Source of the DNA: Candidatus Kaiserbacteria bacterium
Lineage (GTDB): Bacteria; Patescibacteriota; Minisyncoccia; Phycocordibacterales; UBA918
DNA: 57,909 nt
Direction of reading: 5' to 3'
NCBI GenBank assembly: GCA_043729945.1
Contig: JAYTKW010000022.1
Location: 1 to 57,909 of the forward strand
Shown one piece after another: positions 1 through 7,401 of the stretch. The position numbers and the translations under genes are program-made. The notes beneath the pieces are model-generated. The model was not told where the DNA came from, ran no database searches, and worked only from the letters and a program-made list of their open reading frames with translations. How positions within the stretch are numbered: the first letter of the stretch is position 1; the number at the start of each line of letters is the position of its first letter.

Positions 1-98
1 TCCATCACGTTAGTATGACAAAACGTGCCCTAAAATACAAAAATATGATGCGATACAAGGGTTTGGTTTTTTGGTTTTGGGAGATGGCAGAAGTCGGG

Positions 99-123
99 AA
101 AAAACCGCGCAAGCGGTTTTTTT
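99..123. terminator. Hairpin with flanking A/T runs just downstream of the minus-strand protease gene
   Basis: AAAAAACCGC-GCAA-GCGGTTTTTTT read directly. Confidence 0.5.
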
Positions 124-140
124 GTTAGGTTGGGCAGCTA

Positions 141-1241
141 TCAGTTTTCAGGGGTTATTTCTCTAACCAAAAGATTGGTGAGAAATGGCGCCATGGTATT
201 GGTAAATTCAGCGGCGCGGGCGGTTACTTCGCTTGCTAGGTTGCGGTTGAGGTCGATGCCGGTTTCTTCGGTAATCGTTGAATTTATATGGCTCAGTGAG
301 ATTGCGCGCAAGCTGCCAACACCATCAGTCGCGTCATTGCCCCGGGTGGTGATCATCCCAATGACCGCACCAGCACTATTTACCACCGGTCCACCTGAAG
401 CGCCTTGTTCACCCATGGAGCTGCCACGTAGGGCCACAACATCAGCCGTATTTTTGGTAAATGTGTACAGTTCCGAGATGCTGGTACTCGCTTGTCGTGA
501 CAATAAATCAATGTCACTTCCTCCCCGCAAGAGTGCTCCGGCTGGGTAGCCGGCGGCGATGACACTGCTATTGCGGTCACGGACAGATAGTGGACGGATA
601 TCCAGGGCAAGGGCGGGGAATACTACCGGCAACGGGCTCTCGTCAACTGTTTTTGTCACATACAAAAGAGCATAGTCACGTTCCCCGGTACCGCTTGGTG
701 CTTTGTCATCAATTAAGCTGGCGTTTGCCTTGACCCAGGCCGGCGGAATATACAAGAGTTCAGCGTGGTAGCGTGGAGCTGCGGGATTGCCAGTACGGAT
801 AATACAATTCGTATCCCCAAAAACCCCCGTATTTTCGAGTAACAGAAATTGTGCTACATGGGCATTGGTCATAATGATCCCGCTCGGGTGAGCAAAGAAC
901 CCCGTGCCGGTCGTGGTACGGATTTGTTTGCTGGTGATTGAAGTACAGTAGATATTTACAATCGCCAAGAGGGGATCACTGACCGTTTGCCAAACCGGCA
1001 GCTGACTTGCGGCGACGGCTGCTTGTTGATAGGCAGCACTTTGCAACAGAACGTCCGGTATAAAAGCCCGTTCAGAAAAAACAGAGGGCAGGGGTGCAAT
1101 ATCGCCAGGGACAGCGGCGGTGTCTGCAGCCAGCTCATTGCTTGGGTTCTCATACAAACTGAGTATGGTGCCCGCTAGAGTCGTCGTAAACGAGATATAG
1201 CTCAACACAATCGCCGATACAAACTGCAAAATAAATTCCAT
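141..1241 (-). CDS. Membrane-anchored trypsin-like (S1 fold) serine protease
   Basis: 366-aa ORF with an N-terminal hydrophobic segment. Triad motifs are TNAHV (His), RDYALL (Asp) and GASGGPV (Ser). Confidence 0.8.
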   Translation of the reverse strand: MEFILQFVSAIVLSYISFTTTLAGTILSLYENPSNELAADTAAVPGDIAPLPSVFSERAFIPDVLLQSAAYQQAAVAASQLPVWQTVSDPLLAIVNIYCTSITSKQIRTTTGTGFFAHPSGIIMTNAHVAQFLLLENTGVFGDTNCIIRTGNPAAPRYHAELLYIPPAWVKANASLIDDKAPSGTGERDYALLYVTKTVDESPLPVVFPALALDIRPLSVRDRNSSVIAAGYPAGALLRGGSDIDLLSRQASTSISELYTFTKNTADVVALRGSSMGEQGASGGPVVNSAGAVIGMITTRGNDATDGVGSLRAISLSHINSTITEETGIDLNRNLASEVTARAAEFTNTMAPFLTNLLVREITPEN

Positions 1242-1365
1242 AGAGGTAGTATATCACCCCGCCTATAGACGGTTCGGACTTATAAAACCCATAAAATCAG
1301 GCTAATTCTAGTTGATATTCTTTACTATGTCGGCTATACTAGCCGTCATAGCAAAGAAAGTAACC

Positions 1366-1436
1366 GCGGGTGTGGTTTAGTGGTAAAACGTCAGCCTTCC
1401 AAGCTGAATATCAGGGTTCGATTCCCTGCACCCGCA
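1366..1436 (+). tRNA. tRNA-Gly (anticodon UCC)
   Basis: 71-nt cloverleaf read by eye. Acceptor is GCGGGTG/CACCCGC and the D stem is GTTT/AAAC. The anticodon arm is TCAGC-CTTCCAA-GCTGA and the T arm is CAGGG-TTCGATT-CCCTG. CCA is not encoded. Confidence 0.9.
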
Positions 1437-1444
1437 CTGTTCAA

Positions 1445-1480
1445 TAAAATAACCACCCTGAAAGGGGTGGTTATTTTATT
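1445..1480 (+). terminator. Hairpin plus T-run after tRNA-Gly
   Basis: AAAATAACCACCC-TGAAA-GGGGTGGTTATTTT. Confidence 0.6.
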
Positions 1481-1486
1481 GGTACA

Positions 1487-1622
1487 GTGCGGAGTGCAGC
1501 AACCTGCTAGTAGCAGGTTGCGCAGGGAATCGAAGCCCGATTGAGCTGGATTGGAAGCGCAGCGCACCAATCCAGCCAATTGGGGTACTGAAGTCGTAGA
1601 CTTCGATTCCCTGCACCCGCCC
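1487..1622 (+). other. Structured element E1 ending in an exact 19-nt copy of the tRNA-Gly 3' end (candidate ncRNA, att-like site or MITE)
   Basis: 1602-1620 is identical to 1417-1435 (TTCGATTCCCTGCACCCGC). 1522-1535 (GCAGGGAATCGAAG) is the reverse complement of 1601-1614. It contains a 9-bp hairpin (1499-1521), a 10-bp hairpin (1545-1576) and a 6-bp hairpin (1590-1604). Confidence 0.45.
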
Positions 1623-1681
1623 ATCAAATCTATTTCTACTCACCACTAACTTGGGCTGGATTTTTTGGTATACTGCTCCAT

Positions 1682-2098
1682 ATGAAAACTGACTATATGG
1701 TAATTGGCAGAGTTCGTAATTCAACAAATATACTCAAGCTTGTAAAAAGTATAGAAGAAAATGGCTATAGTTGCTATAACTTTTTACATAAGCCAGTGAT
1801 AGCTGATAAAGCGGATCTATCATGGGAAGAACAAATGGAAATTCTCGAATCGCACACTGATTTTTGGAACGATCCAATCCATCGACATCATTTTGAAAAA
1901 GATATGGAAGGCTTAGCAAACGCCGATACCGTCGTTATGCTCCTGCCGTGTGGTAAAGCTGCTCATATGGAAGCTGGAGTTGCCTTTGGTTTAAAAAAGA
2001 GAATGGTTTTAATTGGCGAGGTTGAAAAGCCAGAAACCCTGTACCTTATGTTTACAGAACATTATCCAGATATAGAATCATTTTTGTTACGTATTTAA
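1682..2098 (+). CDS. Nucleoside 2-deoxyribosyltransferase-like (Rossmann-like) protein
   Basis: 138-aa ORF in AT-rich DNA. The C-terminal pattern ADTVVMLLPCGKAAHMEAGVAFGLKKRMVLIG resembles the NDT/Rcl family core. Recognised by eye only. Confidence 0.4.
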   Translation: MKTDYMVIGRVRNSTNILKLVKSIEENGYSCYNFLHKPVIADKADLSWEEQMEILESHTDFWNDPIHRHHFEKDMEGLANADTVVMLLPCGKAAHMEAGVAFGLKKRMVLIGEVEKPETLYLMFTEHYPDIESFLLRI

Positions 2099-2109
2099 AA
2101 CCGTTACTA

Positions 2110-2147
2110 ATATTGTAAGTAACTCGTGACCGATTCCCCGCATACGC
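2110..2147 (+). repeat. Partial copy of the 3' end of element E2
   Basis: ATATTGTAAGTAACTCGTGACCGATTCCCCGCATACGC aligns with ATATGCTTAGTAATTCGTGACCGATTCCTCTCACCCGC at 4100-4135, on the same strand. Confidence 0.6.
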
Positions 2148-2151
2148 GAAA

Positions 2152-2190
2152 GCCCGAACACAAAAGGAAGTGTTCGGGCAGGTTTTGCAA
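2152..2190 (+). terminator. Hairpin after the 1682-2098 gene
   Basis: GCCCGAACAC-N8-GTGTTCGGGC followed by a T-containing tail. Confidence 0.5.
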
Positions 2191-2261
2191 TAATTGTAAT
2201 CCATTATCCCACAAACATACGAGCAAAAACGGGCTACATCAATGGCGTACAAGAAGTCGAA

Positions 2262-2627
2262 TCAGTTAGTTTTCATGGAACTTAAGGGCGCTATCTCTAC
2301 TGAGCCAGTTTTAGTATCAGTGTAAGTCACAACACATGCTTCATAAAAATCGTTATCATATGTCACGCCCATGACATTGTTCCATTTATCCTTTACACCA
2401 CTAGATAGTGATTCACATTCCGCTTGTTTGATTTTTAATTCAGATAGAGCGTTATCTTTTTCCTGTTGTTGTTCAAATAATACTTGCTTTTGTTTTAAAA
2501 TGGTATTTTCTGCTTCCTGTTGTTTTTCTATAGAAGCTCTCTTATCAATTTGAACAAAATAAAATGATACTGCTAAGACAATACATCCTAAAACTATTGA
2601 AACAGGTATAGTTAGTTTATCGTTCAT
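2262..2627 (-). CDS. Hypothetical membrane-anchored coiled-coil protein
   Basis: 121-aa ORF with an N-terminal TM helix (IPVSIVLGCIVLAVSFYFV) followed by a Q/E/K-rich helix. Confidence 0.55.
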   Translation of the reverse strand: MNDKLTIPVSIVLGCIVLAVSFYFVQIDKRASIEKQQEAENTILKQKQVLFEQQQEKDNALSELKIKQAECESLSSGVKDKWNNVMGVTYDNDFYEACVVTYTDTKTGSVEIAPLSSMKTN

Positions 2628-2808
2628 TAAATGATTCTAACATTATCATTTTACCTATCAAGCATGTTTAAACGATTTTCCTGAAAAATTGTCTGGTTTC
2701 TTTTGGAGCAGTACGTCAGTGACAGAGAGTAATTTTTTGAGATATTGATTCACAAAGAAAAAATATTAGACTTTAATAATAAAAGAATCAATTACAACGC
2801 ACCTGTGG

Positions 2809-2857
2809 TCTGTGGATATAGAATTACGGGGAATTCCCGTAATTCTATATCCACAGA
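2809..2857. repeat. 22-bp perfect inverted repeat
   Basis: TCTGTGGATATAGAATTACGGG-GAATT-CCCGTAATTCTATATCCACAGA, followed by TTTTTT. Confidence 0.85.
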
Positions 2858-2980
2858 CTTTTTTGTCAATAGTTGTTGATCTTTTGGTGAGAAAGTGTAT
2901 AATGCTAATTAAGTATTGGAACGAGCTAGCTCTTAGGCTCAATCCTTCACAAAGCCTTCCTTCGGGAAGGCTTTGCACGT

Positions 2981-3802
2981 CTAGGGATGAATGACACAAC
3001 TATTTTTTGTTGTTCCACCGCACTTCGCTTTAAAAGCTTTCTCTTTAAGTAGAGTAATTACATCCAAATCAAACTGGGTTACTCCACCATACCCTAAAGA
3101 CTCACTGATTCTTGCATCAATGCTAAGGAAGTGTGAAGCAATGTCTGCCAATTGCGTCTCAGTATCGAGATTATTTTTTGTAACAAATGATATTGCAGTT
3201 AAATGTTCTCTGACTTTATGTCTAGTTAAACCCATAGAAGAGACTCCACCAAACATAATTTTATTGTAAGCAGACAAAATATCTCCATCTTGGTTCTCGT
3301 CAGCAGCCTCAACAATAATTTTGCCAGAACTGCTTTTTTTCGAAGAGCTCGTCAAATAACATAAGTATATGCACCATAATTCTAAAAAAGTTTTCTTAGT
3401 AAGATTTTTTTCATGCTTTGTAATTGCTGTACTAAATCCATTTGTGACCACATGCTGTATAGGAGGATTATTTTTTAGATAGGTCAGTTTATTTGTACCT
3501 ACCCACAAAAGTTTGAAGGTCGAACGTCGGATCCACTCTTTGAAATCGGTACAAAATTCAGCGTACTTCGCTGGATCACTAGCAAAATGAGCAAAATCTC
3601 CCTTTAGTTGACGAATTTCAGTGGCATGGAAATTTACTTTGGTTGTACCCCAGTACTTAAATTTTATTTGATCCGCTCTCCGTTTAATAAAATCATCCAT
3701 ATTTTCATGGACGATTATCCCTGCTACAGCAAAATGGGGTGCGTAGGGTGTTATATGAGTTAATGTATTTTTGCCTGACTCATCAATGTAGAGCTTGAAC
3801 AT
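2981..3802 (-). CDS. DUF3800-like protein
   Basis: 273-aa ORF. The N-terminal YIDESG motif and overall layout are typical of DUF3800. The DNA is AT-rich. Confidence 0.6.
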   Translation of the reverse strand: MFKLYIDESGKNTLTHITPYAPHFAVAGIIVHENMDDFIKRRADQIKFKYWGTTKVNFHATEIRQLKGDFAHFASDPAKYAEFCTDFKEWIRRSTFKLLWVGTNKLTYLKNNPPIQHVVTNGFSTAITKHEKNLTKKTFLELWCIYLCYLTSSSKKSSSGKIIVEAADENQDGDILSAYNKIMFGGVSSMGLTRHKVREHLTAISFVTKNNLDTETQLADIASHFLSIDARISESLGYGGVTQFDLDVITLLKEKAFKAKCGGTTKNSCVIHP

Positions 3803-3961
3803 TGATTACAATAGTAGCATTGTATTATGTACATGTAAAAATATGCTAATCAAACAGTGGAAGTTCCATCAGTGTGTAAAAAAGTTCTAACGTTGACCCA
3901 TAGCCCCGCACACATATGTTTCCGAAAAAGCCCTTTAAGGGGCTTTTTCGTTCGAAACATA

Positions 3962-4139
3962 GTGTACGGGTGAAGCAAGGTGCCTGCGCACCTTGCGGGA
4001 GGAATCGAAAGGCACAGGCATGTTTTAGCTCTTCCTAGAGCTAAAACAGCCGAGCCGGGGTCGAGGACACTTAGTAGATTATGAGCGGAGCGAACAAATA
4101 TGCTTAGTAATTCGTGACCGATTCCTCTCACCCGCACCA
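3962..4139 (+). other. Structured element E2 with the same architecture as E1, ending in a tRNA-like 3' end with CCA
   Basis: The 3' strand CGATTCCTC+TCACCCG (4119-4134) pairs with GAGGAATCG (3999-4007) and CGGGTGA (3967-3973). A 9-bp hairpin (3975-3996) sits at the same junction as in E1. There is an inner 11-bp hairpin at 4022-4047. The element ends CACCCGCACCA. Confidence 0.45.
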
Positions 4140-4281
4140 ATCGAGGTGATCAGGCAATTTTTCTACCGCATTAAACGGTTTACGTATTGAAAAATAAGCT
4201 TTTTCGACTTCAACTTCCAAGTTCTGAAATAGGTTTTTACGATTTCACGTTTTCGTAGCGTATCAGAAATTTCAGACTGGC

Positions 4282-5604
4282 TTATTGCTGTTTGGTCTGT
4301 GGGACTGTTGCATATGACATGGTAAGGAATGATTCTATTGCAGTGGAAAAATTTAATGTGACCACATCATCTTGTTGGGCAGGGTTTTGTAGAATGATGG
4401 TTTGGTTTTGTTGATCAATACCAATCATTGCGTACGCATGTTCACCCAAGAGTGCGCGTTCATTGCCTTCAAAGTCTACTACTGGATAGAACATTGGACT
4501 TGGATTGTTTAGAACTGATTGTTCTGATCTGGTTAATTCAGCTACAGCTGCTTTTTTCCTGAGTGCTGAGACGAATTGTATGGATTGATGAGATCCAAAG
4601 GTCACTATCGTTCTTTCGGGATCAAGATTTGATAAATATTCCCAAGCCGTATCCTTATGTTCAAAAAGAAATGTGCTTTCGACCATTTCTTTACCGAGCA
4701 ATGCTCCTATAACCTCTACAGATTCGCCACCTGTAGCGTTTTTCAATTCTGTAAATCGTCTTGGACCCAGCTCCATGTCATCATGAAAAAACCCAGTAGA
4801 CACACGCTCTAGGTATTCATTGAATGCCACCTCCAGGATAGTGTTTCCAAGATTGTTAGTCCGGGCAATCTTACCAGCTGCAGCGTAGCGAAGAATATCA
4901 TGTGTAGTAACATCTATATTTTCTGGTAAACCTGGAAAATTAACTTCAAACACACCGGATTGAACTTCGTTCACCATCGATCCGAGGACTTCTTTTGCTA
5001 ACCCAGGTTTACTTTGTAGGCTTAGCAATGTTGCTACCCAATAGCAGTTACCCCTACGTTGTTCAATCTCAAGATCTTCAACTGGGTTTTTAAAGAGAGC
5101 TGTATACATTTCGTCCGCAGTTAAGTTGCCACCTTCTGATCCTTTCTCAGATGAGATATGTGTCTTTGATAATTCTGGTGTTTGCGCTACTTGTTTGTTG
5201 AAGTGAATTCGAAGTTTTAGTAAGTCTTTATGCGCTTGTATATACTGCTCTTTGATTCGTTCGTATTTTTTACGCTTTTGTAACTCGAACGATATTCGCT
5301 CGACAAAACCCAAAACTCCAGTTGATTCAATTCGATATTCTTGCAAAAGATTACGGTAATAATCTAAATCAGCCACCCGCTCAGTAATTGAGTCAATAAT
5401 GGGTTGTAATACTTTGACATGCTCGGCATGCTTCTCTATCTGACTTAGTTCTTCTGGGTAAATGTTTCCGTAGAAGTAGCTCGCAAGTATTTCAGACAGA
5501 AACTTATGGTCACCAATTTGTTTTTCAGGATTGACCTCAGCATCAATAACGGCCACCATTTTTTCATGCGAAGATTTCCATATTGATGCGCCTTCTGCTT
5601 TCAT
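4282..5604 (-). CDS. Coiled-coil protein with a C-terminal calpain/papain-like cysteine protease domain
   Basis: 440-aa ORF. QRRGNCYWVATLLS resembles the calpain Cys motif GDCWLLAA, GEHAYAMIG resembles GHAYS, and LQNP resembles the Asn motif. Confidence 0.4.
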   Translation of the reverse strand: MKAEGASIWKSSHEKMVAVIDAEVNPEKQIGDHKFLSEILASYFYGNIYPEELSQIEKHAEHVKVLQPIIDSITERVADLDYYRNLLQEYRIESTGVLGFVERISFELQKRKKYERIKEQYIQAHKDLLKLRIHFNKQVAQTPELSKTHISSEKGSEGGNLTADEMYTALFKNPVEDLEIEQRRGNCYWVATLLSLQSKPGLAKEVLGSMVNEVQSGVFEVNFPGLPENIDVTTHDILRYAAAGKIARTNNLGNTILEVAFNEYLERVSTGFFHDDMELGPRRFTELKNATGGESVEVIGALLGKEMVESTFLFEHKDTAWEYLSNLDPERTIVTFGSHQSIQFVSALRKKAAVAELTRSEQSVLNNPSPMFYPVVDFEGNERALLGEHAYAMIGIDQQNQTIILQNPAQQDDVVTLNFSTAIESFLTMSYATVPQTKQQ

Positions 5605-5910
5605 GCAGTAAGTATATCATTTTCAGTAGTTGTAGAATCAAGTAAACGCCAATTAATAGTTCTAAATTCATCGAGTTTCTACATAGTCAATATGAAAAAC
5701 TGTCCCTAGGGACGTATTTCTGTTTTAATTGAAGATTCACAAAAATCATGTGACATATTTACACAGTTGGGTGGCACTGCGTTACACGTTACTCTCGAGA
5801 ACCCCACTACATATTACTTGCAGAATCTGGTTGACAAAATTCAATAGTTGCAAAATCACTGAGTAGTAACACTTGGATTGCTTCGTACCTCGCAATGACG
5901 TAGAGTTATC

Positions 5911-7398
5911 TTGTTTTCTATGAAAACCATCACCCTTAAAAACGTTAGTAAATCACTGGCACAAAAGACGTTATTTAGTGGTGCGTCGCTTTCGATCGGG
6001 CAGCGTGATCGGGTGGCAATTATTGGGAATAACGGGGCTGGGAAAAGTACTCTACTCAAAATCATGGCAGGTATTGAATCGGTTGATGAAGGAGAAGTGT
6101 TGGGTAATCAGTCCGTTGCCTACATTGCCCAAGAATTTGGTGGGGATATGTCCCGAACGGTAGCCGAGTATCTGGCAGCGCAAAAGGTAGTTGCCAATAT
6201 ACATGCGATTATCAAAAAGTTTGGCATCATCAGTCCGCAATTGATGGAACAGGGAACGTTGTCTGAACTCTCGGGTGGGCAGTTGCGGGCTCTCGAAATC
6301 GCCGCAGTTATATCGCGCGGGCCGATGTTTCTCTGTATTGATGAACCGGAAAACCATCTCGATATTAAAGCCCGGCACGTTGTCACTGAATTACTGCGGG
6401 ATTATTGGGGGGCGGTCATTATGGTCTCTCATGATCATACGCTGATAAATAACCTGACCAAGAAAATAGTTTTGATTGAACACGAGGCGGTGACAGTTAC
6501 AACGGATCTGACCTACGAGGAGCTCGTTGAGGAGCGACTGCGGCGGCAAGATCTGGCACAGCATGAGTATCTGATGGCCAAACGGAAACTAACAAAAATG
6601 ACGAATCTCGTCACCGAGTTACGAAGGCAAACCACCTTTAGTGACAGTAAAGCCAAAACCTACCAAATGAAAAAGCGTCAGCTGGCGGTGGATCAGGAAG
6701 CTATTGATACAATGGTGAGGCCGGATACTCGAAAGCCCGAAGTTCGCATCGGGGACGTCGAGCAAAAGAACGGGAAACTCATTGTGCAGTTACATGACGT
6801 CAGTGGTGGCTACGGCGCCACGCCGCTGTTTTCAAAAGTAAACCTAGATATTCGGTTTGGGCAGAAACTCTGTATTGTAGGGCGTAATGGCGCCGGCAAG
6901 ACGACACTCCTCGGGCTCATTACGGGAGCGGTGGCTCCATTGTCTGGAGTAGTCCGCAGGGGAGTGTCTATTACGACCGTAGTATTTAGCCAACAGAGTG
7001 AAATGATACTCGAACATACGCCGTTTGAGTTGTTTGCCACTATTGGGATTTCCAAAGACCCGGCCCGATCAATCCTCAGTCGACTCTTATTTTCCAAAGC
7101 AGAAATGGATATGATTGCTGAACGCTTATCGGGGGGTCAAAAGCAACGACTCCGTTTGGCGCTACTGTTTTTTGCGAAACCGGATTTTATTATTTTGGAT
7201 GAACCAACGAATAATCTCGATCCAATCAATTGGCAGTTTCTAGTTGAGCTCCTGACGGAGTTCGAGGGGACAGTCATCTGTGTGACCCATGATCAGTCGT
7301 TTATCGAGTCGATTGATGAGTTACTGATTTTTGTGCTCGCAAAAAAGACGGTCACACGCGTATGGGGTACGGTCGACGAGGCGATTGCTCTATTATAG
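5911..7398 (+). CDS. ABC-F family ATPase (two ABC domains, no TM domain)
   Basis: Walker A GNNGAGKST and GRNGAGKTT; signatures LSGGQ (twice); Walker B IDEPENHLD and ILDEPTNNLD. Confidence 0.85.
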   Translation: MFSMKTITLKNVSKSLAQKTLFSGASLSIGQRDRVAIIGNNGAGKSTLLKIMAGIESVDEGEVLGNQSVAYIAQEFGGDMSRTVAEYLAAQKVVANIHAIIKKFGIISPQLMEQGTLSELSGGQLRALEIAAVISRGPMFLCIDEPENHLDIKARHVVTELLRDYWGAVIMVSHDHTLINNLTKKIVLIEHEAVTVTTDLTYEELVEERLRRQDLAQHEYLMAKRKLTKMTNLVTELRRQTTFSDSKAKTYQMKKRQLAVDQEAIDTMVRPDTRKPEVRIGDVEQKNGKLIVQLHDVSGGYGATPLFSKVNLDIRFGQKLCIVGRNGAGKTTLLGLITGAVAPLSGVVRRGVSITTVVFSQQSEMILEHTPFELFATIGISKDPARSILSRLLFSKAEMDMIAERLSGGQKQRLRLALLFFAKPDFIILDEPTNNLDPINWQFLVELLTEFEGTVICVTHDQSFIESIDELLIFVLAKKTVTRVWGTVDEAIALL

Positions 7399-7401
7399 AA
7401 T

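Noticed and set aside
1487-1622. E1/E2 as tmRNA (ssrA) or as ordinary or permuted tRNA genes
   Set aside because: There is no G3-U70 acceptor pair, no tag reading frame and no pseudoknot-sized body (135-180 nt). The T-stem 5' strand is missing, and no 7-bp acceptor plus D/anticodon arms can be drawn on either strand. I therefore kept them as an unexplained structured family.
4022-4047. GTTTTAGCTCT...AGAGCTAAAAC resembles the start of Cas9-type CRISPR repeats or tracrRNA anti-repeats
   Set aside because: It is a single self-complementary hairpin, not a repeat-spacer array. The sequence differs from GTTTTAGAGCTA, and no cas genes are in the window.
3850-4140. 96-aa minus-strand ORF
   Set aside because: It is entirely composed of the E2 structured element and a terminator hairpin. 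The Arg/Cys/Leu-rich translation is typical of reading through palindromic DNA.
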